Made by a program: the position numbers and the translations under genes. Below the pieces are notes generated by a model, which was not told the DNA's origin, did not search any database, and was given only the letters and a program-made list of their open reading frames with translations. DNA of 64,000 nt from Octopus bimaculoides (taxonomy: Eukaryota): the NCBI RefSeq assembly GCF_001194135.2, contig NC_068985.1, positions 122,253,052 through 122,317,051 of the forward strand. The letters run 5' to 3'. Numbering within the stretch: the stretch's first letter is position 1; each line of letters opens with the position of its first letter. Below, piece by piece: positions 23,301-35,300 of this stretch.

Positions 23301-26300
23301 GTGAGAGAGAGAGGTTTGTTGTCATGTATACGTGCATGCATAAATATACATACATCTTTGGATGTATGCATATAACAACACAGCCCTTGACTCACTCACA
23401 CACTGTCTCTTACAAACAAGCACGCGCGCGCATACACACGTGTCTTTGTAAATATGTTTAACCCATGCTAGCATGGAAAGCGGACGTTAAACGATGATGA
23501 TGATGATGATGATGACATTTATGTATGTGTGTGTTTGTAAGAGACAGAGTGTGAGTGAGTCAAGGGGTGTGTGTGCGCGTCTGTATGTGTGTGAGACAGA
23601 GTGAGAGAGCGGTGTGTATGTAGTATTTACTCTCTACACACACTCACACACAAAATAGAGAGTGAAGCTTTTTGCCGTTGTTACGTCAATACCGGAAGTT
23701 GACATTGAGGAACCTTTTTAAAGAAGTGAATCTTAAATATAAAGCAATATTATTTATTTTTAATTAAAAAAATCAAATGAAGAGCCTAACATTTATCCGA
23801 GGTCAAATTATTCATGCATCACAAGTATGGAAGCATTTGGTGAAGTTGATTTCACGTGAAAAGCGATTACACACACATCTCTGTTTTATATATAGTATAG
23901 ATATAGATAAAATAGTAATTTTCCCCTTTAAGCAAAAAAAAAAACAAAAAAAAAAAACAAGTTCTTGTGATTCAAAAATATCTCATAAAAATGAGAAAAA
24001 AGAAAGTAAGAAAAAAGGATGGACGGCAGTAGCTGACAGGACTCTTTGAAGCATCGACATTTTCAACTTGATTTTTTTTTCTTAAAGGGGGAAAAAACTA
24101 TTTTATTTGTAATCTTTATCATCTTAATTAAATGGTAGGAAAACAGATAAACTTTGAGTTTTAGTATAATATAGATATATACACTCATCATCATTTAATG
24201 CCTTAAAACTGAAAATTAGAACCACAAATAACGTTTGACAGCTTGATATACATCAGATTCTGTATTGCAGACCTGACTGAGCTTGGGGTACATAACAAGA
24301 AGTTAAAATTATGTTGAGATGACAAGGCATTGACTTAATAATATGCAAGCACAAATTTGCATATTGAAGAGCAAAAAGAAATGTGGGGCAGAGAACTGTA
24401 CTTGTTTATTCAGGATAGTATTTTCAGATAAAAATATACAGTATTTTTACTTACCCTTCACTATTCAAAACCTCTTGTGGTGTAGCTTTGGTGATCATAT
24501 GATCATCACATTTGTACCACTGGTTTTTGTGCAGCCTGATGTAACATGTATAATGTCCAGTTTCTATTGTGCCGCTGTGGTTCACTACAGCAAATAGTGA
24601 GTATCTAATAGAGAGAGAATGAAAATAATAAAGAAAGAATAAAATTATGAAATGCAGAGTTCAAGAAACTAAGATCTAAACAGAATATATGCCTAATAAA
24701 AGCAACAACAATGCTTGTAAAATAGTAAACATATTTCAATTATGAAAGCGGCAGGGAAGTTTGGAAAGAATAGAAATGAGAATAGTTTGGTGAATGAGGG
24801 TGGCAGACAAACAATAAACTGAAGAGACCGATGAGAATAAAGCCAGTGATAGATGATGTGAAGAGAAATTGGATGAGATGGCCAGATGATGCGTTGAGGA
24901 AAGATGAAAGTGACCGGATAAAAGGAGTGATGAAAATAGAGGCAGACCAAAAAAGACAGCAAAAGATAAGGGGAAATGTTGGGGATAGGGCAAAACGGAG
25001 AAAACTGTCATAGGGCCTACAAAGCAAACTGTTGTTTAGCATGCAAGCTGGAATAAAAAACACTTTGTTGTGTTGTTTATACCACAAAGTTTTCTCTAGT
25101 CAGAAAAACGGCAACACGGGCAACTGCTAGTTTTTCTCAAAAAATCTGGCCCAAGCTTGCATTTATGCATGGTCAACACTGACCAGTGGAGGCCTTCATA
25201 GGTTTTAAAATTATAGGAAATGAATGATTTAGACACAACTTTGGAACAGCAGCACCAGTAATGATTATAGAGTTATTTTTTCTCCTTCTCAGGGATCATT
25301 AGACGGTGGAAGATATCAATACTAATGTCTTACTTGTTATCACAGGAAAGACTTTTGGCAGATTCTTGGACAACTTGATTTCGATAACCATTGTTGTTAC
25401 TGCGTGATGATGACATGAATGGAGTCATGTCCAATTCTTCTGGAAATGACACAAATGTGGAGATCTTCTTGTGGTAACCCGTGGAGTGTTCAAACCGCTG
25501 AAAGTACATCAGAAAAAGAAATTATTTCATGGACTTTCTAGAGAATTCATCACAACAATTTTATATTATTTTTACATGCTATTATGACAAAGATTAAATT
25601 TATCATTAATACAGACACAGGTGTAGATGTATGGTTAAGAAGCTTGCTTCCCAACCCTGTGGTTTCAGGTTCAGTACCTTAGTACCTGCACAGTACCTTA
25701 GTCAAGTGTTTTCAACTATAGCCCTAGGCCAACCAAAGCATTTGGAGTGGATTTGGCCAATGGAAACTGAAAGAAGCTCATCATATAAATATATGTGTTC
25801 ATGTATGTGCCTTTGACAACTGGTGGTGGTTTATATTTCTGTAACTTAGTGATTCAGCAAAAGGGACCAATAAAATAAGTACTGAGCTTAAAAATAAGTA
25901 CTGAGGTTAATTTGTTCGATTAGACCTTTCAAGGAAGTGCCACAGCATGGCTGCAGTCCAATGAATGAAACAAGTAAAAAAGTAAAAGATAAAGGAGTTT
26001 ATTTTTACAAATTTAGACATTTGGACAGTAGTGAAGCAATTACTTCTTTTTTTCAGTTATATATTTAGCATTCCTTTTGAGGATCTTCGGATGTGAGGCT
26101 CAGAGGAAATGAGAAGGGATGGAGACTCCTGGCGGTTTGCCGTGTTTGAGAAGACATGTTAAGCTAAGTAAAATTGTGGCTGTCTATGCATACAGGCATG
26201 CCCCCTCCATCTCTCTCTCAGCTGAAAGATCCTAGTCTTGCAGGCTCATGGGTGCTGGTGCCATGTTAAAAGCACCCTGTACAATCTGTAAAGTGGCTGG

Positions 26301-29300
26301 TATTAGGAAGGGTAGGCATCCAGCTGTAGAAACCATGACAAAACAGACAAATGGAGCCTGGGCAGCTCCTGTCAAACCACCCAACCCATGCCAGCATGGA
26401 AAATGGATGTTAAACAATGATGATGATGACAGTTATGATGTGGAATAAAAGTGGAACTTCTGTCAGTTAGGCACACAAGTTTAACAATAGTCATGTGTCC
26501 TGTCCAACATTGTTAATCTTTAAAGAGGAGAGTAACAAAGCAGAAATGAGTAAAGTTCTGGATTATTCATTGTCATTTTTATGTTCTCTTTTCATGTTTG
26601 CATGGGTTGGATGAGATGTAAAGGATCAAGTTCTTATTTGCAGTTACTGCTCTCCTAGACATGTCAAAGAACATGTCTCCTTAATATGTTACCTTTTTGT
26701 ATAGTCTCTATACCTGGATGCCTTTCTCTTTACCAACAACATTACAGAATGTACTGGGTGCATTTTATCATAGCGCCAGCACTACAGAGGTTGACGTTTT
26801 CTCATAAAGACTAAAGAGTCCTCTCTAACCTATGTGTAGCATTGTGTTCAAGTTAGAAATCAATAAAATACACAAAATTTAAAAGGCTTTGAACACTTGC
26901 AGATAGTGCAATTTCTGCCCACAGTAAAAAGGGGCACCTATTAAAGTTTAGTTAGACAGAGGGAAAACAGGCAAAACTGTGGTATGGTTCATACATCATC
27001 TAGACATTTTTTTTATTACATATTTTACATTTAGACATATTTTTCCATTACATCAATTTTTCTATGGAAGAGTCTTTTGTTTTTATTGGAATAATATCAG
27101 AATATGTTTTTGTCAGTTACAGAAACAGGGTCAAACTGAATTATGTGCCAGTGCACTAGAATCATAATTTTAGTTATTGTTCTTCTCAAATTTATATATA
27201 TATGTTTGTTTGTGTGTGTGTGTATCTGTCTGTGTGCACCTGTATGTGCACACACTTAAATATAATACTGACATTAGTCCAAATGCACAACAGTGTTTTC
27301 ATTTATGATGATGCATTAGCTTGTAGGAGTACTCATCACATTAAAATTCTGCTTCGTGGTAGTATTTATAGATTAAACAAGATTCGCAGGATCCATCCAC
27401 CAAGAGGTGATTTAAATCTAATACTATGCTTTCCAAATCATCCCATTTTATATATTCTATTGCACTTGCTTGTTAACAACTACTGATCCAACTAGCTGTG
27501 ACTTTACAATAGGAGTAGAGAAGTTTATGTGGTAAAGAAGTTTGCTTCACAACTGTGTGGTTTCAGGTTCAACCCAACTATGTAGCAACCTTGAATTGTC
27601 CAAATCCCTGTGAGTGGAATTTGGTAAAAAGGAAGTGAGCAGAACCTCATTGGGTAAACCATTACAGTCCTTGGAATTAGTAGACCAGTCACAGCTGGGA
27701 AAAAACACTAAGTTATTTATTCTGGCTCTTAGCTTAGTACTCAATATGCAGACTTAATCCATCAGATTAAGATAATCACCTGGTTTTTGAGTATCTTTAT
27801 CAGAGTTTACTCTGTTGCAAGTATTCAGGCCAGGCCCTTGGTTTGAGGATAGTCATCCCACTTCAGACAGACAGCCCCCCCTCCTCTGACTAAGTCAACC
27901 TATACAAATCATCAAATCAAATCAAATACGCATAAACCTATTTTGGGCCCACGTGAAAACAGCTGATGGTCAGCTGTCCAGTGGCATGACTACCCAACGG
28001 ATGCCCTTCTCTATAAGAATTTCATTTCTCTTTCCAGCAAGCATACAAACCTAATCCTTACCTTTAAATGGAAGCATGCAACCACTGGCAGTTTTTTCAT
28101 GGTCAACTGTTTTGTAGATTCTTGGTAACTATGACAACTGCTACATTTGATTTTTGCAGAGCTGCCCAAATGTTCTGGTTTGGTAAATCTGAAAAATATA
28201 TAAATAAATGTGAATATTCACACTAAGAATAACGGTGAATATTCAAATATAGTATCATTGGAGATTAGTCAATTACATCAACCTCAATAGCTCAAGTACT
28301 GGGATCAATATAATCAATTAGCCTCCTCTCTTCTCAATATTGTTGGTCTTGTGCTTAACTAGAATATAATAGAATACTTGGAAACAATTATTGTATGTCT
28401 ATTGACAATAAAAAGGTGTTGAAGTGTCAAAATCAGTAGAATATGTTTGACTAAATAGATGCCTATCAGTATTTGGACCCATTTCTTTACATTCTGAGAC
28501 CAAGCTCCACTGGAGTCAATTTTGCCTTTCTCTCAGGAGTTACAAGGATAAATTTTGGTTATTACTTTCTCAGGGACGATTAGTCAATTTGATTTCTATC
28601 ATAATTATAGACCACTGATGCCACTGCTACCACCATCACCATCATCATTTTAATGTGCATTTTGAGGTAGATATTTTATGAATGAATGCCCTTCTTATCA
28701 CCATCCACAATCTGTTCCCAATTAAAGTAATATTTCTCGTAGTTCGTCAAATAACAAACAAAAATGTTTTTACATCACATTGTAAACAATGATACTGCTT
28801 GCATGGACAGTGACCTTGTTTTTACCTGCTGTGCAAACAGCATCAATACAATGGAAAGATACCCCGCCTCCTACAAAACACCAATGGTCTTTTTACAGTT
28901 TTTGCTTATCAAATTCACTCAGGCACTGGTCAGTGCAACACCATAGAAGAGACGCCTGCCAACAGGACCATGTAGTAGAAATGAACCCCAAACCATGTCA
29001 TTTTTAACCATATAGCTAATATTAAAAATTATTATTTTTATCATAGAATGGTAGCAATAATAGACTAACACAGTTCCTTCCCTCTGCAAGATTCAAATCA
29101 CATTTCATTTCTTCCTAGGTTCATAATATAAGGATTATCAGGTGCAACCCCTGGTACTTAAACCATTGCATGCAATGTTAATAATCAAAACTAGGTAATT
29201 GAAGTGGGATACATGTAGCATGTATGTACCTTCTTTTCAGCTCTCTCTCACACAAATGAAAATTTATATTAAAATCTGATTTGTTATTTGCATTTATGTA

Positions 29301-32300
29301 GTAAATGCCACTGCTAGTAATATACTATGCTTAGTTCTTTTAACAAAGCCATAACGCTGGTGCTCCATAAAAAGCACCCAGTATACTCTGTAAAACGGTT
29401 GATGTTAGGAAGAGCGTCTATGATGATGATGTTCTTCAATGGAATTTGGTTCTATCTTTAATCAAATGAAACAACTATTAACCCTTTTAGCACCAGCCCA
29501 TCTGAGATTGTCCTTGTTTTTTTTATGATATGAATTTCCTGCTTTAAAGTTATCTGAATTAAAACATTCCAACAAAATTCCAGGTTAATTTATGTTCCAA
29601 ACATAATAAGCTTAATAAGCAAAGTTATTTTAGAAAATTCTTGATTATTTTCAAAGTTAATTAAAACAATGACAACATATTCCAACAGAAATATGATAAT
29701 AAAATGGGTTAAGAGCAATGAATGTAATTGAGGTAGTAAGGAATTCAGTTCATGTGCCATCAGGATTAGCTTTACTTTTCAACCCTTTGGGATCAATAAA
29801 ATAAGTATTATAAATAAAACTAAGACCCCACAAATGAATCTGAATAGGAAATTCCAGTAGTGCTTAGAAGAAAACGGTTCATAATTTCTATCTCACTGTG
29901 GAAAAAATGCCTGTAATTAGTCTACTAAGGACATATTTTCATCACTAAAGTTTAGTGCCTGCAAACAGATAAAGACAAAGAACTATGTCCTGATGTGAAT
30001 ACCCGATAGTTATATCAATAGACATACAAAGCTACTGAAGACTATGTAATTACCATATAGACTACAGCAAGACTTAGCTAATGACTTGTTAGACAGGTCA
30101 CATCATTGTCGTTTAACGTCTCCATGCCAGCATGGAAAGCAGACGTGAAACGAGGACTAGGGACTTTTATTTCGAGACTGACCACTGTGTTGTATTCTTG
30201 AGCAAAACACTTTATTTCACGTTGCTCTATGATAATTTTGATATTTAAATGCATGGTACACCATGCACCTGTACAGGTAAGTTTGATTTGAAGGAGGGAA
30301 TGAGCTTTTGTACAGCACAAACATTTGATCACTATAAATAATTCACCTTTCTCAGACTGGAGAGCTACCATAAACTGAATGTATAAATGGGCAAATAAAA
30401 GTAAAAGCATTAATTGTAACTTAATTCAATCTTATAATATTTGTATAACAATGTAGACTAAAGGATATCCAGAGTTATTGCCCTTGTCCCATTTACGAGA
30501 GTTCACGAGACTTCGTGAAATTATATGGGAGAAAAGAAGTCATAGGCATTCAATTTTTCTTTGTTACAATTTAAATTAGGGTTGGTGCACATGGCTAAAT
30601 AAGTAAACATGCTACTTGCATCCAACAACAGTAAAATACAGCAATATAAAAGAAAAAACTTTTGTAGTGTATTAACGCTGATTATCAATTTGGATTATCT
30701 CTAGTCTGAGGTAAAATTTGTAATCTGTATCCCAGTAATTATGAATAAACAATGAATGCTTTGTTAGATTATTTTTTATAAAAAGGTATTAAACTCTTGA
30801 ACGAAAAGAGTTTGTACTCGCTGCTAAGTAAGGCACTAAAATGAACAAAAACCCACTTATCTGACAACAAAATAGGAAAATGATGTTGAAAGGAGTGGGC
30901 GATTGTAGAATTCCACAGAAAGCTGAAGTCTGATAATCTATGGGGGATAACATTGAATCTTCCATCTTAGATATAAATGAAGTTGAATAACGAAACCCAA
31001 AAAGTAAATTTACAAATCTATGACCATTATGAACAGTAATGCTAAAGCATTCAACCAAGTCTAATAAAATTCTTCGTGGAGCAATTTTTATTGACCTGCA
31101 GAAAGAAAAGGCAAAATTTTGACTGAAATTAAGATATGAGGCCGATAGGCTTATATAGGGTTAATAAGTTTGCTTTGCGGCTATGTGGTTTCAGGTTCAG
31201 TCCTATTGCATGGCACCTTGGGTAAGAGTTTTCTACTATGCCCGTGGGTAATCAAAATCCTGAGAGTGAATTTCATACACAAAATGTAATAAGTCTGTCA
31301 TGCACGCATGTTAGTATTCATATGTGAGAATGTGAGTTTGTTTCCTTGTCTGATCATTTGCATGCTGATTGTAAACAAAGTCAACCTTCATATAAAACTG
31401 TGTCATTTGTTTGCAATCTGCCATGAAAAACATACCTTGAGTTGTTCATGTTCAAAGAACCAAGAGAAATATTACTTTAGTTGGAAACAGATGAGGAATG
31501 GCAACAAAAGAGCATCTGGTTATAGAAATCTCAACAAGTCTTAGTTGACCCAGGTACGTATGGAAAAACAGATATTAAAACTGATTATCCATTTTCTTTT
31601 TGTCACTTTGTCTCTGGAAGAAATCAGCTGAGTTCAGATCTGGAGAGGGATGGGCTTTGCTAGTTATGACAGCACCTGAGAGCTCAATAAAGAGAAGAAA
31701 TACAGCAATGATAAAAGACAGGAAAAAATAAAGCTGTAAAATTACCGTTTTAAACACTCTACTAATGAGGTTGGTTCATAATTCCCTGGACTATTTGAGA
31801 AACCTGCAGCAAATAAAAGGAAAAGAAAAAAAATCAGCCCAATGCAAAAATATTGGACAATAAATTACAAGAGAATGCAAAACAATAGCATACAAATTGC
31901 AAGTGCATGTTATAGTACAATTTCAGGACATGACTACATACGTACACTTTTCTCTCATTCTCACCTACTTTATCTTGTCTCAATATCAACCGTCTTACCA
32001 CCATCACATTCCAATAATGGATCCATTCCTCTCCACTTCATTCCATGCAAATATGGGCAATTGTATAGAATTCATTACAGTAAGGATTCTATTTTAAGTA
32101 TTTAACCAGTTCTCCAGCTAAACATGATCAAAAGTCCAAACTTTGTCATATGCAGCTATTGTTGTTGAGTAAGTGACACCAGGGCACATGTGAAACATTA
32201 TTGTTGTCTAAGATATTGTGGACATGCCATCATACGATGACAGCTAAATATGTTTTGACTCCCAAAGGCCAAGTGGATGATTAACACTCTGTCTACTTCA

Positions 32301-35300
32301 GTATCTTCTCTTTCTGGCTGAAAATACAATATCACTAATAACACAACAACCACTTGTCCCAACAGTTCACAAACAAGGATTAAAACAACAACATTGAAAT
32401 ATGCAATGTTAACTCTTTATTAAATGGGTATGAAATAGATGATGATAGTAAATGAAGACTACAGAAACCAACTGCACATATACCTGCATGGAGCAAATAT
32501 GTATATATATCTGATCCATTAAGCATTCCATATATCTCATCCTCTTAGCATGCATCCCTCTATCACTAATATTTGGCTTCTGTAATCACTTGAGAACAGA
32601 TTCAGTACATATTTGACCCCCACCCAATCTTTTTTGCACTAACAGTTACCTCCTTCTTCCCCTGGAATCACCCATTAACATCATTCTCATTATAAACCCT
32701 TCACACACTCTCCTCCACTGATCAGTCTCCTGTGTCTTAAGTTCTCTCACTCCCTTCTGAGCTACACCTTCAGCCTGTTATGCCTCATCTTCAACACCTC
32801 TCAAATGCGTCATCAATGATCTCTTACCCCACTGCTGTTGTCCCACTCAATAATAACCACCCTCCAATCTCCTTCCTCTCACTGTTACATCTTGCACATC
32901 ATCTCCCTATTTTCTGATCTATCTTCCTTCCTGAGCCGCTTCTATCTCTCTCAATTTACCCACCTTCTATAATTATTTCCCATCAACCATATTTGCACAC
33001 TTGTTCATCATTCTCTAAAATTACCTCTACCTCTATCTTTAACCTTCTGTTACTCTCCTTTCGCAATCTTTTGGCTACCTCACTAGTGTCAGTGGCATGA
33101 AAAAACCAGAGTATACATGGTAAAGTGGTTGGCATTAGGAGAGCCAACTATAGAAACTATGTCAAAGCTGACATTGGAGCTTGATGCAGTCCTTGCAGCT
33201 CATTGGATTCTGTCAATCTGTCCAACCCATGTCAGCATGGAAAACAAACACATGATGATGATAATAGGTGCAAGCATGGCAGCATGGTTAAGAAGGTTGC
33301 TTCTTAACTATGTGGTTTTAGGTTCAGGTCCACAGCACAGGACCTTCAAGTGTCTTCTATAGCCTCAGACCAACCAAAGAATAGAGTTCATAGATGGAAA
33401 CTGAATCACACACATTGTATGTGAGTGTGTGTCTCCACATGGGATGATTCTGAGTGAGTAGCACTGTTATATGAGTGATATTTGTTTAGTTTCCCAAATA
33501 AAACATGTCAGGGGAAAATATTACCTTGCTTGGAAACAGATGAATGTTGATGACAGGAAGGGCATTCAACTATAGAAATTCTACCTTAACAAATTATGTC
33601 TGACTCATGCAAGCATGAAAGTGGATGTTAAAATGATTATGTCATCACCATAATCATTTAAGGTCCATCTTCCATGCTGGTAAGCCAGAAAGCTGGACCA
33701 GACTCCATTGTCTACTTTGGCATGGTTTCTACAGCTACAAATACTTCAAGAGAGGAATTTAATAGATGTGAACTGTGCAGCAGCTCAGATTAACCCAGGG
33801 CTATGGAAGAAGGCAATTACCCAAGGTGCCATACAGTGAGATTGAATCTAAAACCATCTAGTGCTGCAAAGGAAATCTTTGCCACAGCCTTGTCTGCATC
33901 TATATGAAACAATACAAATTCTTTAGTTTCACCCTCAAACGTACTGACCATAAGACTGATTTTCAAATCTCCCTATGCATTTGAAATGTACATACATCAC
34001 TCCTTTTTTCAGTGCTCATTTGTGGAATATATATATATATATGCACATATATATTCAGCTTATCGAACTTCGATATGGCTAAAAACCTACAATCTTCTAC
34101 ACCAATAAATTATTATTGTTCCTGGAAGAGTGTAAGTACCTTGAGAGAAAAGTTGAACTTAAGAAGCATCAGTTGTAGTGTGCAAGAGAGATGATTGCAC
34201 TAGTATGGTCATGTGGCGAGAATGGATGAGGATAGCTGTGTGAAGAAGTGCCACACCCTAGTGGTTGAGGGAACCTATGGAAGAGGTAGATCCAGGAAGA
34301 TCTGGGATGAAGTGGTGAAGTACGACCTTCGAACATTAGGTCTCACCAAGGCAATGATTTGTGACTGAAACCTTTGGAAATATGCTGTGCATGAGAAGAC
34401 CCGGCAAGCGAAGTGAGACCATAATCTGAGGCCTCTGCCAGGGGTGTAGCCAGCCCACTTATGCGTACCTTTCCTTCATTGGACATTAAACTCCACTTGC
34501 GAAGACCTGTTGGGGCAAGTGAAAGCACCTGTACCAGTGGAGCGCTAAGAGCACCATCCGAGCGTGATCGTTGCCAGAGCAGCTTTCTGGCTTCCGTGCC
34601 AGTGGCACGTAAATAGCACCATTTGAACGTGATCATTACCAGTGTCGCCTTCCTGGCACTTGTGCCGGTGGCACGTGAAAAGACATTCAAGCGAGGTCAT
34701 TGCCAGTGCTGCTGGACTGGCTCCTATGCAGGTGGCACGTAAAATACACCATTTTGAGCGTGGCCGTTGCCAGTACCGCCTGACTGGCCTTCGTGCTGGT
34801 GGCACGTAAAAGCACCCACTACACTCTCGGAGTGGTTGGCGTTAGGAAGGGCATCCAGCTGTAGAAACTCTGCTAAATCAGATTGGAGCCTGGTGTAGCC
34901 ATCCAGTTCGCCAGTCCTCAGTCAAATCGTCCAGCCCATGCTAGCATGGAAAGTGGACGTTAAACGATGATGATGATGACATATAATCTTACTATTGGCA
35001 ATACCATGTTTTCAGTACAAATTAGATAATGCAGTCATAAGTTTACGTAATGTTTGAATACGTAGGATGATGAAGATGCAAATGTTTTTAGTCATAAATC
35101 TGCACAAGCAAAACTGACCTGGAAGTCAATGTTAGTAACATAATTTCAGTATTCACTTGGTTTACTAGTGAGCAGAAGTACACCACGCAACTTCTGAAAA
35201 TATTTTAATACTATGAATACCATATTAAATGTTATGACTATGTTAAAATATGAATCGATTTCGTCAAACTACCCATCTATTTTTGTAACAAGATAATTCG

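Noticed and set aside
28820-28850. CLHSR/GT looked like the missing L..CL.R exon end
   Set aside because: There is an in-frame TGA just upstream and it lies in a repeat. The real exon is 31746-31803.
31575-31680. [33 protein letters not shown] after exon 9
   Set aside because: Wrong phase. Splicing from exon 9 gives RCCHN* and the acceptor is weak.
32300-32317. Acceptor giving TRKRRY* after exon 8
   Set aside because: Only a generic acceptor with an immediate stop and no other support.
34531-34810. Regularly spaced repeats resembling a CRISPR array
   Set aside because: Eukaryotic context, no unique spacers and no cas genes. They are tandem units in an RTE 3-prime UTR.
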